From assembly GCF_021869535.1 (NCBI RefSeq), contig NW_026262745.1, forward strand, positions 27,404,001-27,468,000: a DNA stretch of 64,000 bases, given 5' to 3'. Each line of letters opens with the position of its first letter. The first letter of the stretch is position 1. This DNA is from Mytilus californianus (Eukaryota). The notes below the pieces were generated by a model. That model ran no database searches. It saw only the letters and a program-made list of their open reading frames with translations, and was not told the DNA's origin. Below are positions 39,616-53,885 of the stretch, piece by piece. Made by a program: the position numbers and the translations under genes.

Positions 39616-40750
39616 ATATGTATATACCGATCAACTTCAGCTAAGCAAAGATTCTGTTGTTCCTTTATTGTATGCCGCACAAGAGTATATGATCGCAGGA
39701 TTAATCTCAAAATGTGAGAATTATATACAAGATAATTTAGCTGTTAACAATGCATGTACACTTTTTAGTCATGCAAAATTTTTCAAAATCGATGACATTA
39801 AAACTAAAGCGCACAGATTCATAGCAGACAATGCGATCGATGTGTTGAAAAATGACGATTTTCTTTTGCTCCCATCAGAAAACTTAGTTGATATTCTTAA
39901 GTTTAATTATCTTTGTGTACAAGAAGTATGTGTAATTATTGCTGTTCTTAAGTGGGTCGATCATAAACTGACCAAGTCCAAATGTCAAATCGATGGGAAA
40001 TCAAGAAGAGCCGTTCTTCTTAAAGATGGTATTCTATATAATATGGCAATCCCTCTACTTTCCATTGACGAGTACTCATCAATTGTCTTGCCATGTGGCA
40101 TTTTAACAGAAGAAGAAGAGCTTCAATTTTTTAAAGATAAATCAATTCCGAATACTAGTAGTCCATCATCATGCGGAAAATTCAAGATACGTCCGAGAGA
40201 AGGAACTAGGGTAGTAGAAGTTTCAGTTAACGATATTTTGTATCCAGGTAATACCTATCACAACAGGGATGATTACTGGGTTCCTTTAGAAGATGAAACT
40301 GTTTCTATCAAAACAAACGAAAGAATAAAGATTAAATCAGTTACCATCAAGCCACAATTCAAACATCAAAACCAGAACAACTGCAATTTTAAAGTGAAAA
40401 TTGAAACGCAATCTGGCTCATCTAGAGTCATGCAAAAACGTCATAGAAAATTCAGTAGAGTGGACAAGGGTAGTTCTAAAACAGAGGAAGGCACTGACAT
40501 AGTGAATGTAATATTAGAAGGGGGAACTTGCAAACTTCCAATTGACAAAGTTATACAAACAAACGAGACGTTAGTATTGACAATTAAACCAGCATCAAAC
40601 CGACACGAGATCAAGTTTTTATCACAAAATTATCAAAATTTGATAAATGGTACGTTTTATCAACACGAGATATCTCACCAAACAAAACTTTACTTGTCAC
40701 TTACAGGCGGACATTTAGTGGAAAGTTTTGAAGTGATGGAAATATGCTGA
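39616..40750 (+). CDS. BTB-BACK paralog B, last coding exon; spliced CDS about 487 aa
   Basis: Acceptor tgtttcAG|A, YVYTDQLQLSK..., collinear with paralog A to the stop at 40750. Confidence 0.93.
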
Positions 40751-43700
40751 AATATCTGAACAGTTGTTCTGTTTTCTAGACGTTACTTAATATCAAAAAG
40801 TATGTCTTTGACAGCTCTTTATCAGAATCGATTATGACAATTTAAATGAACATACACTTTTGAACCACAATGAAATACTAGTTAAAAAGAGATGTAGATC
40901 AAGCATTAATGAAGCATAACATAAGTTCGCCAATTGTAAACATTTAAAGGGTCAGCATTTGATTGTTGTATGATTTTGTCAGCAACTATAATTTAAAGCA
41001 TTAAAAAAAATATTCTATGATTGAATACATTAAGCACATTCACTTTTCAAATTATATCACCTCAGTAAGAATGCTTGCTTTACATCCTTCTTATTAGTTA
41101 CATCAAATGGAAATTTCGTATTTTCAAGTGGATTTGTAGAAAAACAACATGAAAGTAATTTATCGCAAATCCAAAAACCCGTAATTTTATTAGAAAACTG
41201 CATATATATCAACGAATCTGGACGGCCTTCTTTTCCTAATGTATGTTGTGGTTTATGTCCTAAATTCTGAGTTTTTTGTGTATTAATTTTTAGACTGTTG
41301 CTTACGTTTTTTGTTTTTTTTTCTTTGGAATATGGTCTTTTCTCTCACTCATGAACTTATGGTTTTTGTTGTCCTGTTGTTTTCTGCCAGCTACGCCCGG
41401 TTGAAAAATATAAGTATAGAAAAGATGATAAGAGTTGCTTATTTCATTGCTAGTCTTCTTGTTGTGCCTATCATAAACATTTGATGCTAAAGATTACTAT
41501 TAGAATAAGACTGGTTTGCAAAAATATTTTGCTTAAATATTATCTTCACAAACATACATGTAATTTGGTTTGGGAGCGATGAATATAGTACAGATTTATC
41601 ATGTTCCGACAGAAATCTGTCTTAGGGAGAAACTACTTTTACTAAGTATCAGTTAGATGTAGATCTTGACAAATTGTCAATTAAAATCATTCTCGAAAAA
41701 ATTGCACTGTTTAATGATACTTTAAATCAATGGTCTAAAAGAAATTTAACTGTAATACTAGTAGGTAGAATAACACTGTAAAATATCAACAGATTTGTAT
41801 TCTGTACTGAATAGAAATAATGTTATTCCTACTTGACAGTTAAAATGGGTTAAAATTCTAAGTGTACAGAATCTAAACTGAAAAAAATGTTTTTAGACTG
41901 CTTTTCGCTAATACTAAATATAGTAAAAGACAGTTGTTTCAATACATGATTAGCCTTTGCATTATTGCAACAAATCAGTGTTTCGTTAAAATCAAACATG
42001 CTGATGATCCTTTATGTATAATTTGTAAAACAGAAAACGAGTCTTTAGAATATCTTTTGGATTATATTACTGTATAAAATAATCTACAGGATATCGGTAA
42101 CTGCTTTCTTATCCAAAATATTCCCTAAAACCAATACAACATGATTTTTCTTTATATTTAACAATATATGTAAAATTCTAGATGCTTCAAAAGGAATCTC
42201 TCACTGCAAACAATTAAAATAAAGATGAAAGATATGTACAAATTAAAGGGTTTGTAGCTATAAAAATTGAACAAATAACTGAATTTGACAAAGTATTAAA
42301 AGTTTTTGAAAACCTGTCATTTAATTCGTGATAATGACTATTAACCAATCATTTATTTTCAAGAATATATCATTTCCATGTAATGTTCTTGGCCTTTTTT
42401 GCTGGCTGTTACGAAAGAAATATGTATAGTTATTTTTTTTATTCATCATGAATATGTTACTTCAAAATATATATTTATATAGATAGGAATGTAACTGGAT
42501 AATTCCTTTTTCTCTTTTTTTTTTTCTTCTTCTAAATTTTGCAATCCTATATAATTAGTTACTTATTATTTAATTATTATTGTTTTTTTCTTTTTATCTG
42601 TTCTGTAGAAAATTTCCAACTGCAATGTATTTATGATAAAGATTTTGTATATCTTACATGTATTATATTGTATGTGTGTCATGTATATACTTTATTTGTT
42701 GGATATAAAAATAAATAGAAAAAGACATTTGATGAGAAAAGACCATATTTAAAATATTTCTTAATCCAAGTAATCTAACATTTTTAAATCCATATACTAT
42801 TAATGACACTTACACCTGTTTAAAGAGTGATGCAAAAGATATCAAAGAGACAAAGTCATTTGTCAAAATCAAAATGAAAAATGGCATGGTAAGAAAAGAA
42901 AATCAATCAAAAGACAAGTAACAGTAAACAAAACACAACAACTTAAATACTGAGCAACACAAACCCCTATGCAAAATGGGAGTGATCTAAGCTGCTCAGA
43001 AAGGGGAAACAGATACTCCACATATGGGATCCTTTGTGGTACTCATGAAAGTAAAATCTTGTTATGATTATTATCCGGTAGTTCACATTCGATGAGAAGA
43101 TGTCAAGAGTGTGGTTAGGACAATTGGAACATATCTGTCGTCATCAGTATAACAGACATTCCAAAACGGTCAACTAACTCATGATCGCGTCCATAAAATG
43201 TTCGAAGGGATTTCAACTTTACCACTTGGAACTTCCTTGTAAGCAGCAATCCTCTATCAAGGAAATCAAGATAGGACATGAAGCTCTGCAATATCGCGTA
43301 TCAACTGGGAGACATATGTTGAGAAAAGCATCTATGGTATTATACCAAATTATCTCACTTTTACTTGATTCCGTACATTAAATATTTGCTGGTGTATACT
43401 GTCAATTGTCCCTTCTTCATCGGGCTTTGTATGACAGTTGTTGTTAAAAAATGGCTTTATTAGATTTGTCGACGGATCTTTCAAGATTATATATATTATT
43501 TATCATGCATAATCTTCTGTATGCTTGAATTCATTTATCTCCCCCATTCTACCTTCATCTTGTTTCTTAACGACTCAAAAGTATCCAATATGCAGTGCGG
43601 ACCTCTTCGAGACAGATAAAAGGTAGGATTTCTGTTTACTTATTTGTTATTTGTATAAATATAAAGAATATATTTTTTTTTAATTTAAATATAAATTTAT

Positions 43701-46389
43701 TCAGTAGTCATTCGACGATCACAGAGTTCATTAACATTCTTATAAATAGTTTAGGAAGAAAAACTGCCAAAAAATTGTAAATAGTCATGAATGAATCTTT
43801 CTGAATAAATTTCCCTATGGAATTTACTGACCTCATCTATATCGTATTATGGTTTAGCAAACTATTACATTCGGCATTTCAAATATAAAAAAAACGCACT
43901 ACACTTGACCACCAATAAAGACACGCATTCGACTTATAAAATTACATACACTTCTTCGGTTTCTCTAACTTATACATAGCAGCTTTCCTCAATTTGTCTT
44001 TCTTAATTCAGTGGACTCACACCTAGGCTTTAACTTTTTGCTTTTGAAAATCAAATGGACCGTGCATAACACATGAATGATATTTTAGAATTAGAATAGT
44101 ATTATAAATATCCGACATAATGCTGAAAGCGGTGAAGGGAGACAACAACAATTTATACTATGTTATACTTGTTAGCCTAAGTTACTTGCATTAACGTATA
44201 CGTAACGGTATAATATAACATATAAAACATGAAATCATGTCACTGACTTCAGAGCAACATGCCATTAAAACTATTTTTATGATACATGCAATCAGGAAAG
44301 TTTGAAACAGGTACACAATCTAAATTCATTACGTTTGAGAACTTGAATAACAAAAGCACATAATTAGAACATCCATAGCAAAATTAAATAATGTTCGGTC
44401 GAGAAATGCAATCTACTTTTATGTACATATCTGCTGGTTAGAATGGTACTATCTTGGACCGAGTCCTACAACATGAATAACGACCACTTAGGAAATAATA
44501 AACGTATGAGATTAGCTTCATTGTGTTCAACACGTTACTACAATAATCATCATCAATCTTTTGTTTAAACTTTCCAATATTTTTTCAAGAATGCATAGTT
44601 ATATTTTCTTATGTTCATCTTCATTCAATTGTTGCATTTAGATATATACATTAAATATAGAAGATTTAATAGAAAAACAAAGGATATGGGGTATCCATCC
44701 ATGACAAAACATCAGTCCATGCACAGCAAAAATCACACAAAAAGCAAAGGAACAACGCTTTTATTGCTGTTTTCCATCTTAAAGTCACAGCAAGGCCTTC
44801 AACAAGGATCTACACATCTCTCACCTCACTGTAAGTTTACGAAGGCCCTAACACCGATTTGAGCGGAATTCTTTGCAAAATTCTCATATAAAAATTTGCG
44901 TGTCTGGCCGAAACAAAGTAATGTCTACCAATCACTAGTGTTGTATTTATTTTGCAGTACTGCCTAATATTTTCATAGTTTTTACCTTTATTCTGTAGGA
45001 AATTGTTCTGTTATAAGAACGACAAATTGACGAAAATTTGAAATTATTTCGTGGATTTGTAAATGCTAATTACATGTACATTTGTATTAACATGTAGATG
45101 CTTTTCTTTTGATAGCTCTAGTGTTACCTTTCTATTTACCCTTCAAATAACATCATACGTCCAGTTTTCTTTACCTCATTGTCGAAATATGCCTTATTCA
45201 GTATAAAGCTCTCAAAAGCTTATGTTTATAATGTTATGTATAAACCGAATCAAAATAAAACTTTCGTATTCGTTTTTGTATTGACAGATATCACAAGCAT
45301 TTTATAATGTGATGACGTAAGACTGAATATTGGCAATGGGTATAATTCTACACTGATTTCAAACACAGAACAAGTGAGTCATATAGACAATGAGTGGATT
45401 TTCCAGTTCAACATTTTCCGAAAAATTTCTGCAAGAATAAAATAAATTGAACGTTGTTTTTTTTAATTAGGTTATTTAAATTTATTATGGTATATGCTTT
45501 TCTAATATATAAATCATGACAAGCCAGTTCGTGCTTCGTTATTGTTAATTGATGAAGACTTAATCTTTGAACAATTTAGGAAGTTTGATTTGAAAATATT
45601 GAAAATTAAAAAAATGCACTTAAAAAAATCAAAATATTATAATCACATCTTTGTTAAAACAAATAATATTTAATTAATTCTCACTTTGACCATATCAAAG
45701 ACATAACGTTACTTATTAATCAAATTGAATTAATCAAATATCATTTAGGAAGAATTTGCACTTAAAGAAACTGTTCAAATTCTTTCTGTATATAAACAAC
45801 GATATTGTAAACGGAGTGTTTATCATCACAGCTATACCAATATGAAAAAAAGATGTGGTTTGAATTCCAATGAGACAACTCTGCACAAGAGACAAAATGA
45901 CACAAAAATTAACAACTGTAGGTCACCGTACAGCCTTCAATAATGAGCAAAGCCCATATCGCATAGTCAGCTATAAAAGGCCCCAAAATGACAAATGTAA
46001 AACAATTCAAACGAGAAAACTAACGGCCTAATTTCTATTCAAAATAATTGACGAAAAACAAATAGTCGACTCTTGCTTGATGTAAGTATTAAACTGAGAT
46101 ATTCGAATCTGACGTCCCAAATTCATGCATACTACCGACTAAACTGAAAAACTCTTATTATATACTACAATTCTCCTGCTATCTATTTGCCAGCTTGATG
46201 ATACCAAAAGGACAGCCATAACTCATAACTTATTAAAATGAAATAAAAGAAATCCTACATATTTAGTTTGATACCTACATCCAGGCAATGTCAATGTTCG
46301 ATTACAAATATATCCGTTTCTTGAACAAGCGGACTCGGAATCATTAAGGAACTGGTTATCAAATTATGATTGAATTTCAAATATTCCTT

Positions 46390-47500
46390 GGGAAATGAGA
46401 GGCGAAGGATACCTAAGGGACATTCAAACTCATAAGTCGAAAATAAACTGACAACGCCATGAATTAAAAAGAAAACGACAACCAAACAAACTACATTACA
46501 TCAAACATAACATAGTTAACAAAAGACTGAGCATCACAAAGCCCAGCAAAAACTGGGGGTGATCTCAGGTGCTCCGAAAGGGTAAACAGATCCTCCTCCA
46601 CGTGTGGCACCCGTCGTGTTGCTCATGTTAGTCCAAACATGGTGACAAGTCTAATTCGGTATGTCACATTCGGGATAAACTGCATGGGATTGTAGTTACG
46701 ACAATTGGAACATATCCGTTATCAACTGTGAAACGGATATTCTATAACAGTCAACCAGCTCGTGATGGCGTCCGTAAAATTTACAAAGGGATGATTTCAA
46801 CTTCACCACTTAGAAGTATTGTGTTAATAGCTTCCTTGTGAGCAGCAACCTTCTATCAAGGAAATCATTAGAGGAAATACAAGCCCTGGAATATCGTATC
46901 AACTGGGATATATATACTCCGTATGCAGGCGCTACATTAGGGAAGCTGAAGTCATCTATTTTGTCGTAAAGTTTTGTTTTCAACCAACCCTCATTGTCAA
47001 TTTCTAGATGTGAGTCAAGATATGAGGCAGACTTAACTCTATATGTTGTATCCCTCATCTCAAGTTCGATGTGATAGATGTGTTCAACATACTCTATATT
47101 TTGAATTATTTAGTGAGAGAACATCATCTATATAGCAGAAAGTAAAGTTAAAGGATACTGCTAACTTCTTTTCTTTCTTCCTAAAGAGTTTTTGTATGAA
47201 GTCAGCCTCATATGATCAAAGAACAAGCCAGCAAGAAGAGGATCATAGTTGGTTCCCATCGGAATGTCAATTGTTTGTTGAAAAACATGTCCTCAAACCT
47301 AACACATATGTCGTCAATCAAGACAGTCAGTTTAAGAGAATTCTTCGTTAAAATCAGAGTGATTTTTAACAAGGTACTCCCTAAGACAAGAAACTTGTAT
47401 CTGCGTAGGCCATTCTTTAATATGAAATAAAGCATGACCAACTCTTTCAATTTATCTTTTAGTTTGGAATGGGGAATACCTGTGTAAGTGTAGAAAAACA
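46390..47500 (-). mobile_element. PLE family D, truncated copy, reverse strand
   Basis: Translates to YTGIPHSKLKDKLKELV and SASYLDSHLEIDNEGWLKTKLYDK; same 3' UTR as 19490-19866. Confidence 0.85.
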
Positions 47501-47609
47501 AATGATTTAGTATTATTGCAAGATGAAAAAGTCTTAGATTTTATGTACTTTAAAAGATCGTGGAATTATTTAGTATCCACATCTGATTCACGCCGTCTCT
47601 GGAGTAGGT

Positions 47610-47860
47610 AGTTTTAAATTTCCCATCTCATTCGGTATTCAAGATCTTGCAGCTGCTAAACAGACTTTATAAAACGTCACCGGTATCTAAGCAGAAAGTT
47701 GATCTGTTTCTAAAAAAATTCATCGGAAGATACCAAGACCTTGTTGATAAATTTTCTGTATCAACTTCACAAATAATAAATGATGATCTTGAAGTATAGA
47801 TTCTAGGTACTGATGCTGTTAATCATCTTAATTACGTGTTATAGAGTTCTTTTATTTGTC
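47610..47860 (+). mobile_element. 3' fragment of a further PLE family
   Basis: Translates to ...IRYSRSCSC*TDFIKRHRYLSRKL...KFIGRYQDLVDKF (stop inside), a PLE RT C-terminus. Confidence 0.55.
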
Positions 47861-48414
47861 TTTGTAAATTATTACCTTTACTCTTGTCATACACTTATCC
47901 AGGAACTACCCTTAACCCGGAAATTTACCTTTATCCCATTACCCTTAACAAGGGAACAAACATATTCTATGATATTTTTTCAACAAAGCAAAATTTGTTA
48001 AATATTTCTTTTTAATTAGATTTACAGTAAATTAATTAGCATTTATCGGTATATAGCATTTCGATTATTTTGAATAATGCACTAATATTGAAATAATTCT
48101 TATTTGCAAAGGGAGAATACATTAAAAAAAATAATTTTCAATGAAAGGGAGACAACTGCAAATTATTACTCTTAAACGGAAACGCGTTTACTCTTATCCA
48201 GAAGATGTAATGTTTTATTATTGACTAATTGTCAACACAGGAATGCATTTCCAATATTTAATCAACTAAAAATAAATAGATGTAAATGAACACAGTCAAA
48301 TCCAAATGCAATTGTATTTCCTCAATAGACTTGTAGCTTTAAAGTCGAAGGTAATTTTATTTTTGTCATTTTCATCTGTAATGAGACAATTATTTGATTT
48401 TTCGGGGTGTTTCT

Positions 48415-48445
<31 letters not shown>

Positions 48446-48896
48446 GCAGCAAGATTTAGAAAAACAATACCCTGGTCTGGCCAAAACAAACACAAAGTGC
48501 AGGAAACAGTTGTGCTCAAAAGTGGTAAAAAAAATTTCGGCCAACAAATGTAAGCGTGCATAACTTTATGATACTAGTAGATGGAAATTAATAGCCAATC
48601 TGCAAATACAACCAAGATGGTTGTCTCAATTGGCGATCATTCCACATCTCTTGGGTTTATTTTTAACCTACAACACATGTAAAGTATTCAGGACCTTCAT
48701 AATTAGAATTCAGGATATCCTGAAATATTTCATGACCTTTACAAATAATCGGTAAAAATTGATTTATTTCAAAAGGTCTTTCAGTATTTAAATGTCAGCA
48801 TATCTTTAATATATATGGATGAGCGTGATAGTTTTATATTTGTTTGTTCGTGTTTTTTATCTTCTTAAAATTTACCCATCATGGCTAAAATGACTA

Positions 48897-49712
48897 ATAA
48901 ACAGCTGCGCCATGAGCGCATGATACGCCCGTCGTCTTGTTTGTGAATTTTTATGCAATAATCATAAATAGTTTTTGACAAAAGGTGCGACATGTGAAAA
49001 CCCCCCTTTTTTTACAAAAAACTCAATAACTCCAAAACAAAATTGTGAATCATCACCAAAAAGTATACAACTCTTACGATTAATATAACTAAGAAGTGTG
49101 TAAAGTTTTAAGCAATAATCATAAATTGTTTTTGAGATACGGTGCGACATTTGAACCCCACCCCCCTTCTTTTTTTTTTTTTTTACAAAAAACTCAATAT
49201 CTCTAAAATAAAATTTTCAATCAAAATCAAAAAGTATACAGATCTTTGGATAATATAACTAAGAAGTGAGAAAAGTTTTAAGCAAAAATCATAAATTGTT
49301 TTTGAGATACGGCGCGGCATGTGAAAACCCCCTCCCCCTTTTTTTACAAAATACTCAATAACTCAAAAATAAAATTTTGAATCATCACCAAAAAGTATAC
49401 AGATCTTTAGATTAATATAACTAAGGAGTGTGTAAAGTTTGAAGCAATAATCATAAAATGTTTTTTGAGATATGGCGCGACATGTGAAAAAACACACCCC
49501 TGTTTTAGTTACAAAGTCCCGTAACTCAAAAAGTTTTAATCTTATTTTCACCAAAAAGTATACAGATCGTTTGACCATCATAAGAACTATGATAAGTTTC
49601 ATGAAATTTGGATAAGTAGTTGTAAAGTTAAGGTACGACATGTTTACAGACGGACGCCGGACATTTGTATACCATAATACGTCCCGTCAAAATTTTGACG
49701 GGAGTATAAAAA
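48897..49712 (-). mobile_element. HINE family 2, second copy, reverse orientation
   Basis: Reverse complement of 15719-16432; one more repeat unit and almost no microsatellite. Confidence 0.8.
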
Positions 49713-50291
49713 CCAAGTTACCTGAACATAGGAATTATATGAATTAATTGGCTTATATCTAGGAAACCATAATAGATAGAGAAATAAATCATTCGCGCAA
49801 ACAAATTTTAATGCCAAGAATAACAATTTCTACTTATTTACCATTTCCACCTAAATAATCAGATGGCTTCTTTGAATGACTCCTTTCAAGATTGTCCCCC
49901 TAAAATGATGACTTTTGACTTATTCGCGAGGTGTGCCTTTAACATCGAAAATTATGATAGGTTGTAACTATAAAATAATCAACAATGCAAAATATATATT
50001 TGACAGGTGAGCAATTCACGCTATCTTGTAATTTTAGTTTAATTAATAAACACTTATCCGATTTATGCAGCAAGATATTTTCTCTCGAATATATGAGACA
50101 GACTACAATGTATATAGAAGCTTCTGAATATAGTCTACTATTTTACTGTATGTCAATACTCTTATCCCGGAAATAAAAGTGAATTCTCATTTGACGGAAA
50201 ACATACGACTAACAGCTGTTTGCAGAACTACGAAAAATACAATAACTCCCCTACTGCCAAACCCTCGTTTCAATAAGAAACGGATCACATT

Positions 50292-50294
<3 letters not shown>

Positions 50295-50343
<49 letters not shown>
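50295..50343. repeat. (TA)n microsatellite; another at about 14083-14110
   Basis: Direct reading. Confidence 0.95.
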
Positions 50344-50347
<4 letters not shown>

Positions 50348-51790
50348 AAAGGTTAAGTAGAATCCGTATGCTGGTAACATATAAGAAAATTAATAAAAGA
50401 TAATAACGGTTTCAATTCATCACTTTTACTCTTTCACAGATCTTCAGGTATATACATATGCATAGATATGATAACACGTATTTATAAAAAAAACACCTTA
50501 TCATATTACAGCTACATTTATATAAATTAAGGCTCATATAAATAAAAAATAAAATAAAATTCTGTTAACACTCCTCACAAATCATTTTACGTATTCAACT
50601 GACAATTATATGAAAATGATAATATCTGTTGATCCTATAAGCTTCGTTTAAAATACGTACGAAATAGGAAACAATATTATGCATATAGATAAGACTGTCT
50701 TATTAATATTTAGATGATACTTTCAATTGAATTAGTCTGGCTTTAGTCTGAAATTTTATTTCTAATGTCAGTACTCTTAACCCGTCAATATTTTTTTTTT
50801 TAAAGAAAAGTACATGTATGATTCAGTAAAAGTGAATAGTTTCTTTGATGCTGTTGGTTTTTTCTCCTTTCTTTCGGAATGAAACAAAGTTTCTTGTAAA
50901 CTTGTGAAACTGCTAGCATCTTATAAATAAAGTAAATGCGCCTTGAACTGCGCATTGAGCAGTGTGGACAGTGCCGTGATATATACCTCCAGACTTGTTT
51001 GTAGGAGATGTATAAAAAAGGACACTGTTAACAGAAAAAGAAACGAAAGGACCATGATATTATTGTTCAGATCATACCTCTTTCCGAAGAAATCTGCAAT
51101 TTGACTTTTTATGTTGGTACTCTTATCCCGGAAATATGATGTAAAGAGAATGTTTGTGTTGCAGGGAAAGCTGCTATGCTTTCCGTTTTCTCCGTTTTCT
51201 GCCCAAATATGACACAATATTGTTCCTTATGTTCTGTTCAACTACTCATATCATACCTTTTTAAATACTTTAAACTTACAAACGGACAGTTGTGTGGAAC
51301 GAATGATTCCTATATACCCTAAAAATTGCATTACAGTTTCATTTAATATGTCGGTACCCTTATCCCGGAAATATGTAAAAAAGATAAAATAGGTATATGC
51401 TCCCTTTTTTTTTTCTTTTTTTTTTTTTTTTTTAGTTTTTTGCTCTGTGTTCAAGGCCTCACTGTGACTTTGAGATGATGCTTTGCACATGCTGATTTTG
51501 TGTCTTTGAAAGATATCCCATATCCTATACTTTCTATCAGGGTAGTAGCTCCGATGTCTAAGTTGTTTTCTAATAATCATATTCTTTTCAAGGTGCTCAC
51601 ATCATACATTTTTGAATATTTGTACGTTCTAAACAGACATTCAAGCAAACAGAATATATTAGCATTTACTTCAAACTGTGTTTTCAATACACAGTAAAAC
51701 GAAATAGCGACTAAACAGTGCTATTCTTTTTTTTATTTTTACCATTTTCCATATCAGTCTCAAAAATGTAGCCTGTAATTTTATATCATA

Positions 51791-52085
51791 CTAGAACACA
51801 CCGGCGAAATCGCGGGCATTTAGTGCGTGGTTGAAAGTATGTAAACTGTTGTAGGATGAATTTTCATAAAATATTTTATGACTTGATAATTTCAGGAAAG
51901 GTATCAAAAGTCTTAGCCTGCGCGCGGGTGCCGTGTTGCCAGGACAATTTTGTGTTAGCCCTCCCCCTTTATCCAAAGTCAGTTATTGTTTGTTTTCTGT
52001 TTTTCTGTATACTTTCAAAATTGCTATCTACTATCAATTCCTAGTCTACTATCCACGGCAGTCACTGATATAGTATATATAGAGA
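51791..52085 (-). mobile_element. Short non-autonomous Helitron candidate
   Basis: On - strand: GC-rich hairpin (51801-51816) then CTAG|T; 5' TC(TC)TATATATAC start, but the flanking base is not the canonical A. Confidence 0.5.
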
Positions 52086-53885
52086 CTCTTTATACAAAAT
52101 ATCAGCGACCACGTCAGCGACACAGGGACTCGGTTAGCAGATTAAAATTTTGTTAATCAATGTTTTTTAATTTTTTTTTAGTATTTCCTGTCTATTTGTA
52201 TTACTTTATTAACGTATTTGATAATGACATCACTATTTCTTTGTTTTCTAGCAATGTGCAGTTTACTATCCATATCCGTATACTGAAGGATTTTTCGAAA
52301 AAATGAGTTTAAGGTATTGTATCCACACCTAATTTCTTATCCACAAAGAATAAAGTTTTAAGTTACACACATTTTAATCCCCCCTTTTACACCCTCGCAA
52401 AATAAAATATCGTCCCATTGTCGTATAATGTAAGAGTTTGATGTTCAAAATCATAGATCAAAATGAGTTATTAGGTTTACACTTACCTATCTAAACCTAA
52501 GATATCTTACGACTTTTCTTCATCGACAAACCATAAAGTTTTTTCTTGAACCCTCACAATATATTTCGGTATTTGAGAACATGTCAATATAATCAAATAG
52601 GGTAAGTTGGGTTATGGTTGGAGCGTTATAAGTTACAAAAATGTATCTTGTTTATCTCTAATCATTTGGATTTAATTATTTTGACACGAGTGAATTTTTT
52701 TCATCAGAAGAAATAATAAAAAGTTAAGCAGCATCAATATTGTTGAAAACTTCATCTTGATATTACGGACTTCGGAAATAGCGCGAACTAGAGCTGGTTC
52801 CTATTTCAAGTTTTCTAAGGGGGTAACAGATACACGGGAGACATTATTTTAGATCTCGGCAGATATGATTCTTATTTCGGTATTAGTTGAATAAATTTGT
52901 AACTAAATTAATAGTAAATGCATAAAAAATACAATTCATCAATATAACTTACGATGTCAAATAATAGAAGCGTTTGTTAATACTTGTAGGTATATTTTTT
53001 TGAAAAAAAAATGAAATTTCCAGGATAAGAGTATTTTGTAAGAGTAAATTATCGGGCTAAAAGTAATTCCTGGATAAGTGTATAACAACTGTTTAGTCCA
53101 TTTTTTGGAATATCCCTTTGGCGTGACTCGGTACTTATACATCCCGTCATTGTGTTATTGTTTTTACTTTTTGCTTATGTGCTTTGTCTATATGCCAATT
53201 TGTTTTTCTTTGTCGACATATTTGTTCATTTTTATAGTGATTAAGATTATAACATGAGGTTGACTGCTGTACCCCTATTTTAGACATTTTTACCTATTAT
53301 GTATGTTTGTTTTGTTCACACATTGTTGTCAATATAATGTAATTTTTTGCGAATGTCATATAAGTGAGAGGTTCAGCAATAGAGCCAGGTTTAATTTGCC
53401 ATTTATACATAAGGAAATGCCTGTACCAAGTCAGGAATATGACAGTTGTTTTCCATTCGTTAGATGTGTTTGAGCTTTTGATGTTGCCATTTGAAAAGGG
53501 ACTTTCCGTTTTGAAATTTCCTTAAGAGTTCGGTATTTTTGTTATTTTAAAATACCTAATAATTTATTTATCAAGCAGTTTATGTTATTTACAAAAACGA
53601 TGTTGTTGAAGACGTGATATAAAAGCTTAAGTTTAATATACAAGGTATGTTAGTATTTGAGATAAAAAGATATTATCAATCCGACATTATTTTTCGTTAA
53701 AAAGGTTAAATTTTGCCTTACAATGCTTTTATTCCAAAATACAGAATAAAATCATTTTTATACACATACCAATGCAAAAGTCGAAGGAAATGCATACATG
53801 GAATCTATATATCCTTAGATATACAGACACTTTACAAAAATTCTTGTTATTGCATTGAAAACGACATTTTTAGACTAAATTAATG

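Larger units (their letters stand above)
47892..53080. mobile_element. Putative TA-flanked DNA transposon relic with imperfect TIRs, containing nested elements
   Basis: TA|cacttatccaggaa ... ttcctggataagtg|TA; 14 bp perfect, about 37 bp with about 6 mismatches; no transposase seen. Confidence 0.55.
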
